A stretch of 62,904 nt of DNA, the filler included, from Reclinomonas americana ATCC 50394 (lineage: Eukaryota): assembly GCA_048213135.1 (NCBI GenBank). It is 5 parts of 2 records of this genome, joined end to end, with 100 filler letters (N's around TTAATTAATTAA, not from the genome) between each part and the next. Parts side by side here need not be neighbours in the genome. Positions count along the whole stretch, not along the records: positions 1 to 5,737 come from PS015214.1; positions 5,838 to 24,575 come from PS015214.1; 3 more parts are not named here. The stretch is one strand, 5' to 3'. Below, one piece after another: positions 1-10,448 of the stretch. The translations under genes were made by a program, and so were the position numbers. A model generated the notes under the pieces. The model was not told the DNA's origin. It saw nothing but the letters and a program-made list of their open reading frames with translations, and did not search any database. Position 1 is the first letter of the stretch. Every line of letters begins with the position of its first letter.

Positions 1-1971
1 CCGTCGGTCGCGCAGAGAACCACTCGACGCTGCATCGACTCATCGTCAGCACGGCGGCAAGCCGTTGAAAACACACAAACAAGCACGAACCGTGCGCGGG
101 CGATGTAAAGGTAAAGACGCGCTCCCGCTCCTGCGTCTGCAGATCGAACTCGGGACTCATCCACAAGTTGTACCACGTGATGGCGCGCGCCGCATGTGGA
201 TCGGTCGAGAAGACCTGCGTCACCCCCAGTAGGGTCAGCACTCTCCACCTTACAAGGAGACAGCGCGCACGCACACACAGACCTCGCGCACGATGGCGCT
301 GCGATAGCGACGATCCGTCATGTTCTCCAACTGGCGGCCGACAAACACACACAGCTCCACGGGTTCGTGGTGGTCGACTTGGACGCGCTGCGATACCCGC
401 GATAAGCTTTCTTTCGCTCGCCAGAACAACGCGCAAGCAGCTTGTATGCAAACCGTGGACAGGCCGCCGCGCGACTCGAGGCAGGCTCCAGAACCGATGA
501 ACGCCACCGAACAGAGACCAGGAATGCCGAATTCCGCACCCGTTGTCTCTGTGTTCCAAACATGAGGCGAGTGCATGCGACAGGGAAGCAGGGCGTGTCG
601 CTCACCGGTCAATCCGACACGCTTCGAGTGGTTGATTAGATTCGACCACCTGCATCCGGAAGGTGAGCAACAAAGAAGACAAACAATCGTCAGACAAGTA
701 AAGTACGCAACACCACCCGCTGGAACGAGGCCGTGGCCTCCTCCGGCTCAACCGGTCGCGCGGGCTCCAAAAATGGCTCAATCTCCTCCTGTCAGACCAG
801 GTGAGACACAGGTTTTCCCTCACCCTCACCCTCCCCTCCTCCTACTCACCGGCAGCACGAGGCACCGCATGACAAACCGCGCCAGCGAGTCCATCATCGT
901 GTACATGGCGGTGGAGGCCTCCAGGGCGTCGGCGGCCAGCGTCTCATCGACACGTTGTCGGGCCTCCGTGTGCCACTGCGGACACACGTTGCCGTCGTGC
1001 TCCCGTCGCGTCTGCGCGCACGTCCACGCATGAGCCACAGACAGCAAAAAGGGGCACAGACAACACCGACGCAACAATCAACCACTCCAGCGTCCCATCA
1101 GCCGCATGACCACACGGCAACTCAGCGCCCTCCACCGACACTCGCATGGCCAGCTCCCGCTTCTCGCCCTCGGTGCACAACGACATGAACTCCATCACCG
1201 CATTCAACGACGCCTCATACGCGCCTCCGCAGTTGGCGACACGCAGCCGAGCACACCTGCATCACGCATGTGTGAGGACACCTTGCTGCGGAACCTCTCT
1301 CTCTCACACACACACATCGCGCATACCCCTTGTCGCGAATCTGCCGGCGGAGCAAGCCACGAGCATCCTCACTCGCCTCCAACTCCTGCAGCGCAAACAC
1401 ACCAAGCGGCAATTCACCGCTCTCCTTGCGCGGCTGTGACTCCAAAACGAAATGAGCGCCGAATCGAACCACAGCAACGAAGCAGAAGAAGGCTAACCTC
1501 CACGCCCCACACTCGACGCTCCACCAGCGGTGATCCACTGACAGCAGAAGAGGAAGGCAGACGCGCATAGGAGGCCGCCGCAGCAGCTGCGCCACCTCCA
1601 GCCGCCGAAGCCGAGGCAACCGACGAGGAGCCTTGCCCAAAGGCACCTGCCAGTGCCAACGAACCACCTCCGCCACCACCAACCGCGTCCAACGACGGCA
1701 CTAATGACCAGTTGCTGCCTCGCACAGACGAAGACAATGCACCGCCGGATGAAGACGACAGTGAAGATGCAGATAATGAGGAGTCGACTGCTGCGGAGTA
1801 GACGTCCTCGTCATCCTTGGCGGATGACCACGAGAATATGGAGGAGGATGAAGAGGAGGAGGAGGTGCCAAATGGGTCACTGATGAAGCGCCACAACCAT
1901 GAGAGCAGCGCGTACAGTGCAATGGCCACCACGCTGGTGGTGATGACCCAGCTCACGTCAATGTCCACCAT
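1..1971 (-). CDS. Multi-exon hypothetical protein with N-terminal transmembrane helix and Ser/Gly-rich linker; 3' end runs off the window
   Basis: ATG at 1971 gives MVDIDVSWVITTSVVAIALYALLSWLWRF (hydrophobic helix), then a Ser-rich tract. Downstream exons are separated by GT-AG introns (e.g. LEWLI|gttgcgt..cag|TRREHDGNVCP). No family recognised. Confidence 0.6.
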
Positions 1972-2056
1972 GTGTGTGCGCACGTGCGAGAGTGAGAGAA
2001 AGAGAGGAGTTGTGCACACAGCTCGCGAGGTGACAAATAGCATTCCTCTGTTCTCC

Positions 2057-4966
2057 ATGGCGAGTTCATTCGCGGCCAACGTGATTGGCAAGAAGGTGCG
2101 TGCCCTTTGCCACTCTCGCCTGCCTGCTTGCTTGCCTGCTTGCCTGCTTACACACACAGTGTGCAGGTGGTGGGCGACACCAAACGCTTTCTTGGTGCCT
2201 CGTTCTCCGACACGGGCTCGGAGGCATCGTCGCCGAGTCGCACGCCGACCACTGGTGAGAGCGATGGTTCCGGAGGCACGTGGATCTCGCGCGGCAATCG
2301 TCGCTTTGTGATTATCAGTGCCGTGGTGATTGGTGTGCTGGTCACGGCGGTGATTGTGCTGCTGGTGTTGCCGCGCAAGAAGAGCGGTGATAACTCGGCG
2401 CCAGTGGGACCCTCTGCCGAGTGCACCATTGCAAGTTGCGTGACGAGGCAATCGACTGACTGCAGCTGGGATGATATGATTCACTTCGCAATGCAGACTC
2501 GGATCTGAGGGCGTTTGTCACGGTGGCGATGACGGCCGACACGACGGCGTTGCCGCAGAGTGAGCGCACGGCGTTGCAGCATTTGGTGCGCGCCGCACAG
2601 CAGATGAATCCAATCTATCTCGAGCAGGTGTGGGTCAACAATGAGGCGACGCAGACGGCGCTGCAAATGGCGGCGGCGCAGAACACCACCGAGTGCCCGG
2701 TGCAGCAGTTGGGCGCGTTTGAGCTGAATGCTGGTCCGTGGTCGCGGCTTGACGATGAGCGTGCGTTTGTCGCGGGCGTGGGGGAGAAGCCGCCAGGCGC
2801 CGGCTTTTATCCGCTCGACATGAGCAAACAGGAGTGAGTATGCGCATCTCTCTCTCGCTGGAATCGCGCGCGTAAAGCTGATTGTGGATGGCCGTGCAGG
2901 TTCGAGACGTGGACGGCGAGCTTGTCGCCGGCGGATCGCGATCAGGCCGAGAGCTTCTTCACTGTCATTCGTCGAGATGCGCAAGGAAGTTGTGTGGTTA
3001 AGGAAATGTCATTCCTTGCCGGGTGCCTCGCTGCTCACGTGTGTGCATACACGCAGAGCTCATGTCGGTGCCTTACTCGACGGCGTACGCCACGCAACTG
3101 CAAGCCGCGGCCACTGAAATGCAGGCCGCTGCGCAGGCGACGACGAACCAGTCGCTGAAAAAGTTCGTGTGAAGCAAGGTCTCCTTTTTCCTTCTCCCCT
3201 CTTACACTCACTTCGTACCACAGCTTCCTGCAGTCTCGCGCCGCCGCCTTCCTCGACCCTGCGCAGGATTACTTTGCCAGCGACGTTTCGTGTTGTTGCT
3301 GCATGTGGGAAAGAGAGAGTGTGTTGCAATCAGATGCTGATGATGATTGCTTTTCGTCGTGCGCAGGTGCTGTGGATGCAGCTGGATTCGCCGATCGAGG
3401 TCACGATTGGACCGTATGAGACCTACGAGGACAATTTGTTGGGTCTGAAGGCCGCCTTCGAGGCATACGTGACCATCAAGGTGCGTGTGTACGCGGCGGC
3501 GTGCTGGCTGAGTGTGATGTCACCGACGATTGTGTGCTCGCAGGATCCCGAGTCGACGCAGCAACTGCAGACATTCACGCAGCACCTGCAGTTTGTGGAG
3601 GATAACCTGCCCATCGACCCCGCCTATCGCAACCCGCAACTCGGCAAGGCCGCCGTGCTTGTCGCCGTGAACGAGGTGTACAATGGAGGGTGCGTTGACG
3701 TGCAGCAAGGCTTTCTCGTATTTCTGTGACTCATCCTGCTCTTCTTGTGCATGCAGAGAGGCAGCGCCTGGTGTGCAGGTGTGTTGGCCCTTGTGTGTGT
3801 AAGAAGAGTGGGAAGAGAGAGACTCACATGTGCGGCGTGTGCAGAGTGCCGCCTTCAACCTGCCGAATGATCCGCGTGTCGTGGAGCAAGGTGCGGCTAT
3901 CTGTTGCTGATTGATATGATGACTGCGTTGCTCACCATCACGCGTGTGTGTGTTGGATACAGAGGGCAGCAAGCGCACACTGCTGAAGAACGTGCAGCGC
4001 GGCAAATACGATCGCATTCTGCTGCGACTCGCCGAGTTGCGCTTGTGATCAACCGCGCAATGGTGTCTCACGGCTGCTCTGTCTCACTGGCTGCGTCCAT
4101 GCAGACTCGGTGTGCGTGATGATCAGCGCTCCATGGTGTCGTTCGATGCCTTTTTCACGCACATTCTGGCTCACGAGCTCATGCACGGACTGGGACCACA
4201 CAACATCACGGTGCGTGACTCCAATTTTTTCGCATGTGTCGCTTCCTCTGCTCATGATTGAGGTGACCTGCAGATTAATGGCATGCATACGACAGTCCGC
4301 TTGGTGTTCCAAGCCCTGTACTCGCCGATTGAGGAGGCCAAGGCTGGTGAGTGCATAGCGTGGCAGTCTGCTGTCGACAGTGAGATCAAAATCCCTCACC
4401 GCTGCTGCTGCTGCAGATGTGTCCGCTCTGTGGATGCTCGTGCTGCTCAACGACAACAACTTTATCACCCTCACCGCCGACCAGGTCAAGTCGCTGTACG
4501 TCACCTTTTTGGCGAGCGCCTTCCGGTCGGTGCGCTTCGGCACCAACGAGGCGCATGCACGAGCCGTGGCGCTGTCATTCAACTCGTTTGTCGAGTGCGG
4601 CGGTTTTGTGTACGACTCATCGGCATCGGTTGCGTGGCGCTGCCTCTCTCTCTCTCTTTGAAAATGACACTGATCCGTCGCTTTGTGTGCAGATGTACTA
4701 TGTCGACTTTACCAAGGTACGTACCATTGCAAGGGAATTGTGCGTGATTGATGAAACTGAGCGGGTTTGGTGCACAGATTGAGGGCTGCGTCGCCGACCT
4801 GACGACCACGCTGTTGACGATGCAAGCACAAGGCAATGCCGCGCTGGCGCGCTCCCTGTTGGACTCGCGCGGCTCTGTGCGGCCTGAGATGCAGGCGGTG
4901 CTCGACAAGGCCACCACGCTCGGCATTCCGGTCGACATTCGGCCGATCTTTTCCACGTCGCCTTGA
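2057..4966 (+). CDS. Peptidase family M49 (dipeptidyl peptidase III, HEXXH type as in plant NUDX3/bacterial DPP III) with N-terminal signal anchor; ~16 exons
   Basis: Spliced product contains PPGAGFYPLDM, IGPYETYEDNLLGLKAAFEAYV, AFNLPNDPRV, GSKRTLLKNV, HELMHGLGP, EEAKAD, RSVRFGTNEAH and GIPVDIRP. TM segment FVIISAVVIGVLVTAVIVLLVL. All joins are in-frame GT-AG. Confidence 0.92.
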
Positions 4967-5311
4967 AGACATTCACCACCACCAATACCACTTCATGTAA
5001 GGCCAAAAATTATGTCGCTCTTATTATTATGTTACTCACGACCCAAAAAAACCTACTTCTGTCACTTATTACTCGCTGACAATCTGCTCTTTTCTGCTTC
5101 TCACAAAATCGCTGTTCTTTCTCTCTCTCATTCTGATTCCGCTCGCACTGCTGATCGTACACGACCAGCAGGCGCCGCACGGCGCAGTCGACGGCACAAT
5201 GTCTCGGTGGACACGACGGACTTGCAGCCGGTAGTACGCGGACGCTTGACGTTTTTCTCGTCAAGGCACCACCAGATTCCAGTTTCCAGTCATCACCTCT
5301 TGTGGCTCAGT

Positions 5312-6889
5312 TCAATCGGCGGCAAAGGAGCACGCCTGCGTCGGCGCCGTGGCCAGCAGCTGGCGCAACACACCGCAGTTCCTGTCGGCAGCCGCCACAA
5401 ACGGGTGGCGCAGCAGCTGCGTGGCCGACAGCCGATCGTCCGGGTTCAACTGCAGGCACTTGTGCAGAAAATCGCAAAACATCGGCGACAGCAGCTGGCT
5501 GCAGCTGCCGAGCACCGACCCGTTGTCGCAGATGCGCGTCATCCACACGAATGGCGTCAGATCTGTGTGCACATACACAGATACTAGATCAGCTTCGTTG
5601 CTGTGCGATGATGCATAAGCGACGACGACACAAACGCACCAGCGCCATTCGGGTTCAGCGGGTGGAATCCGAGCACGCACTCGGCCAGCGTAATGGCCAG
5701 CGACCAAATGTCGGCCGCCGTGCCCCACGACGGCGTGNNNNNNNNNNNNNNNNNNNNNNNNNNNNNNNNNNNNNNNNNNNNTTAATTAATTAANNNNNNN
5801 NNNNNNNNNNNNNNNNNNNNNNNNNNNNNNNNNNNNNCCGTCCAGTCGCTCCGGGGCAATGTACGGCAACGTGCCGGTGGCCCCGTCCGGCATCTCCTCC
5901 TCCTCGGTGCTCGACGCCACCATCTCCGTGTCCATCGCACGCAGGTCATCATCGCCGTCGTCTTCCTCCCCGTGATCGTCATCGTTGCTGTCCGAGTCCA
6001 CAAACGGCACGTCGGACTCGGCGGCCGATGGCGACGAGTCGACATTGTTGTCCGCCGGCGCCACAAACTGCGACGAGCCGAAATCGCACAGCCGCAGCAC
6101 CCCATCGTGGCCAAACAGCATGTTGGCCGGCTTCAGATCGCCGTGGCAAATGCCGAGCGAGACAGCGATTGGAGCGCACGCAGCGATTGCGCCGCGATCT
6201 CCGCCGCCGCCGACTCCGACAATTGCTGCTGCGGCAGCGACGNNNNNNNNNNNNNNNNNNNNNNNNNNNNCTCGCAGCGCATCCAGCGATCCATGCTCCA
6301 TGTAATCCAACACCATGACGGCATCGTAGCCGCTAATGTACGAGTCCCACAGTTGCAGCGTGTGTTTTCGCAACGCCGGTGGCGACTGTCATCAAACAAA
6401 AAAATAATGGGTGATGCAGGTCGACATCGACGACGGAGTGCAGAACAACAAGCCCAAAATATCTACGACACGACAACACGCCAACTCCCCTCGCTCTCTC
6501 TCACCTCTGACAACCGTCCATACACCGCCAGCTCTTGCTCCACCAGTGGCGCATGCTGCAGCGACACGTACTGCACGGGGGCGAATCGTCAGTCATGACA
6601 TGACTCGTAACAATCACTTCACCGATGACCACACCAACCTTCAATGCCACTTGCGACGGTGCCGCCTCTGCACCGCAGTTCTTGCCCAGAAACACGTGCG
6701 AGAACGAGCCCTCGCCCAGCTTGTACATGCACTCGTAGTTGTTTGCACTCTGCACGCATGTGGACATGTGTCAGAAAGCAACTGGACGCGTGGACACGAC
6801 ATGACGATCGACAACGCAACAGACGACATTGACTCGTCCGACCCCGCCCCCGCCGCCGCAGACGGCTCTGTTTGTTGTATTGTGCTCAT
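5312..6889 (-). CDS. Ser/Thr protein kinase, STE7/MAP2K-like, interrupted by two assembly gaps
   Basis: Motifs LGEGSFSHV, VALK, DYMEHGSL, HGDLKPANML, LCDFG, GTLPYIAPERL, ADIWSLAITLAEC and RLSATQLLRHPFV. Includes a 13-nt exon at 6450-6462. Confidence 0.88.
5738..5837. other. Artificial 100-bp gap linker N44-TTAATTAATTAA-N44 (also at 24576, 28994, 53846)
   Basis: The identical 12-mer, with stops in all six frames, is centred in N runs four times, including inside genes. Confidence 0.95.
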
Positions 6890-7073
6890 GGCGTGTGGTA
6901 TGTGTGGATGTTGGCAAGCGTAAAACGTTTCTTGCATTCTCTCGACAATGGTGAAGAAAAAAGTTTGGTGAAATTTGGCTGTCGGAACGAACGAACTGTC
7001 CCGTCCAGTCGAGTCACGCCACTCAAGCTTTGCTGCTCTGTGGCCTGCATGTTCCCTTCGTTGTCAGAGACAG

Positions 7074-9879
7074 ATGCACCGAAAACCTGCCACTGCCACT
7101 GACGTCGACGGCGACGACGATCGCGAGTTGCTGCTGCGTGCGCAGCTGGACAAGCAACTGCGACAGTGGCGCGATGATCCATCACAAAGTGGTGCACTGG
7201 CGCGCGCGGTGCTGGAGACGGCGTATGTGGCGCGGCGAGTGGACGTCGTCGAGGCGGTGTTGGAACGGGTGACGGCGGCGGCGGTGGCGATGCGTGTGCC
7301 GGTGTTGGGCGTCAAATGCATTCGTGCAGCGTGGTCGTCTTCTCCGTCATCGTCTGCGTCGTCGTCGTCGTCACGAAGGGAGAGTGCATTGGAGGACGAG
7401 CGTGTGGTGATTACGCGACTGCTGCTGCGTGCGGGGTTGGTGTCGGTGGACAGCGTGCGTGCGTGCTTGCCGCTCATTGTGCAAAGTGGAACGGCGGCGT
7501 CGCTGGTGCCGCTGGTGATGATATCGATGGCGGAGGGCGAACAGAGTGCGAGGGAGGTGATGCGGGCGGCGCTTGCGTCGGCGCACAATGAGACAGTGGT
7601 GGCGGTGATGGAGGCGCTGCCGGCGGAGCAAGTGGCGTCGGTGCTGGAGGCAACTTGCGCGCTGCATGTGGCGTGCGCGTGCAACTTTCCGCTGGCGACG
7701 GTCACGCGTCTGCTGGCGCTGCATCGTGCACCGGGCGAGCTGGTGGCGGCGCGCGATGCCCTGCAGCGCACGGCGCTGCACGTGGCCTGCGAGTCGTCGT
7801 GCTTGTCGACGGCGGTGGTGGCGGCGGTGGTGCGCGCCAGTCACGATGTGTCGGCAGTCGATCGCAGCGGCAACACGCCGCTACATGTGGCGTGTCGGAC
7901 CGGCCGACTCGGCGTGTGTCGGTTGCTGCTGGAGAGCGGTGCGGATGTGCATGCAGTCAACAGGCAACAGCACCCGCCGCTCTTCATGGCGTGTGAGCAG
8001 GCGCACCGATTGCGACTGCCGCTCGTGCAGCTGCTGTTGCGACATGGAGCGCAGGCGCACAGCAGAGGCAAGCGTGGTGAGAGCGTGCTGGAGATGTGTG
8101 TCGCCGACGACGGTGGCGGCGAGGGCGAGGCGCACGTGCAGCTGGTGTGGACGGTGGAGCTGCTGGTGATGTGTGATGCACAGGTGACGGCGCGAGTCGG
8201 GGCGGCGCCCGACCTTCGACGGGTGTGGGATATGGGGCTGGCGGTGTCGGCGTTGCTGACGCACTGGGTGGTGCAGCCGGCGGTGGAGGGGTCGGCCATG
8301 TGGTTGAAATTGCGGTGAGGAGAGAGAGGGAGAAGGGGAGGGAAGGGGAAGGGGAAGGGGAAGGGGGGAAAAGGGGAAGGCAGGAGATTGGCATGCGTTG
8401 ATGGGGGGCTTTCCGAGAGAGTTGTTCTTGAATTCGACACCGTTCAGCACAGGAGGCATAGGAGTTGTGATGCTTTGAGTGATGTTTGTTGACCTGATTG
8501 CTTTCTGGATTGTCTCGATAGAAGTACACGGGCTTGGTCTCATCTTTTCGTATTCTCTCTGTTTGGTTCGAGGTGGAAGAAGAGCTCAAGAGAGTTTCGG
8601 CGGTCGTTGTCGTGGATCGATGACAGTGCTTTGTTATCGGCATCAACATCTGTCCTCTCGGCACACTGTGTCGTTGTTGTCGTGGAACTGAAGGGCTTTT
8701 CTTTGTGTTTTCATTCTTCACTTTGAGTTGAGAGAGGAACACGGGAAGACTCTTGGTGATCGCTTTGCCTGATCTTCATTCTCGACATCGATAGCTTTCT
8801 CTTCACTTTGAGGTGAATGTAGATGCTGGGCCGTTCCATGGCTGTGCTTTTTGTTTGTCGTTGTTGTCCTGGAACAGCTGGGTGTTTCCTTGCTTGTGCT
8901 TTCACTCTTCAGTGACAGGTGAGAGAAGAACACGGGAAAGACTCTTGGTGATCGCTTTGCCTGATCGATTTTCGTTCTCGGCATCGATAGCCTCTCTTCA
9001 AGTCGAGAGCACGAAGAGTTGTGGCGGTCGCTGTTGGATCGTTCATGGCTGTGCTATGTTGTTGACACCTCTTCTTCTCGGTGCACTGTGTCGCTGGTGT
9101 CGTGTGGAGTTGCTGGTCCATTTCGTGCCTGTAGTGCTTTGTTGATGTCAGCATCTCTCTTCTCAGTGCATTGTTCGTGACTGTTGTTGTCGTGGGCCTG
9201 CTGGGCATTTCCTTGCCTGTGGTTTTTCTTCAGTTCGAGAAGAGAGACGAAACGGAAGAGACTCTTGGTGGTCGATGCTGCCGGATCTGACCTGTGACTT
9301 CCCTCTCAACCTGCTGATCATCGCGCTCACGTGCTGTTGTTCTTCCTCGGCAGCGACCACAAGGACTCACCAGCGCGGCTCATGGCGGTGCTCAGGCGAC
9401 TGCACGCCACGTGCTTGGAGCAGAAAGTGCCCATGTCGCAGATCATGCCACTGGATGTTGCCGAGGCGCTGCTGCAGCACGCCGAGCAGGCGGCTTTTGA
9501 TCTTACGTGGTGCGAGTGTTTTGGGAGTGGTTGTTTTTTCCGGTGACTGACCGTGCGATCGGCAGCGACAACGCAGCCAAGGCGTACTGCTTGCACGTGT
9601 TGTTGCCGTCATTGGAGATGCGCATGCAGCGGGTGGTGCATAGCGAGACTCTGTGCGCGGCCTGTTGCGTCCATGTCTGCGTCTGCCCCCCGTCGGACTC
9701 AGCAGTCTGCTAACTCAGTTTGTTCGTGAAGGCCACGAGCTGCCTGTCGAGCTCTGCGACGTGGTTCGTGAATATCACAGCGCCAGATGCAGTGTCTTTT
9801 TGGTTTATGAATTCACCGTCTGTTGCAGATCGCTGAGTGTGCCGCCGACGATCATCGCGGTGGGCTGGCCACCGATTGA
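7074..9879 (+). CDS. Ankyrin-repeat protein with C-terminal F-box-like motif (exons 7074-8314, 9354-9509, 9566-9663, 9732-9763, 9829-9879)
   Basis: Ankyrin repeats RTALHVACE, GNTPLHVACRTGRLGVCRLLLESGADV and HPPLFMAC. The ORF-track stop at 8316 lies inside a gtgagg donor (8315); phase-matched splicing continues to ...CHELPVELCDVIAECAADDHRGGLATD*. Confidence 0.8.
8598..9290. repeat. Degenerate direct repeat (three copies of a ~130-190 bp module) inside ankyrin intron 1
   Basis: Core gagag(a/g)agaacacggga(a)agactcttggtgatcgctttgcctgatc at ~8730 and ~8921, with a diverged copy at ~9237. Each is preceded by a tgt(c)gttgttgtc...tcttca block. Confidence 0.8.
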
Positions 9880-10448
9880 GACGTCGAAGTTCGACCGTCG
9901 ACCATTGCAGCTATTTTTCGCTGCCCGCCTTGCCGGTGGATGCATCGCTCACTGCTACCCGCATGGATCTTCCCGGCAAGTCTGTATGCAACACTCGCCA
10001 TGTCGTCGACCCCGTCCTTCTTCATGCGCCAGGACAATCGCGGTGCGACACGTGGCAGTTCCACGTTTTCAATCTTCCGCAGGAGAGAAGATCATGCGGT
10101 ACGTAACATCTTCCGTCGGTCAAGGGGGGAAGGAGGCACAGTGGATGCACATAGAACGAGAGACGAGAAGACGATGAGCAGGCGAGAGAGGGAGCAGAGA
10201 AGTGAACGCAAACACCTCCGCGAAAAACGCGTGCGTCATCACTCCTGTTTGGCTGATGCACGCGGACACGTTTCGTCGTGCGCCCCGCTGCGTGAGAGTG
10301 AAAAGAAGAGAAAGAATGCCCGTCAAGAGAACCTGCAGTTGGAGTTGCTGACGAAATCAGAAAGTGAGAGCGAGAGAGTCGCGCATGCTTGTGATCGTGC
10401 CATGGCCTTCCTCTTCCTCTCTCCCGTTTTCCTGACGATCCGCGCAGA

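Noticed and set aside
5782-5793. TTAATTAATTAA palindrome repeated four times in the window
   Set aside because: It is always centred in 100-bp N gaps, so it is an artificial six-frame-stop linker.
8598-9290. Spaced repeats superficially like a CRISPR array
   Set aside because: Only three degenerate, irregularly spaced copies with repetitive spacers, intronic, in a eukaryote, with no cas genes.
9275-10177. Apparent frameshifted pseudogene
   Set aside because: The frame changes are resolved by GT-AG introns; these are the 3' exons of the ankyrin gene.
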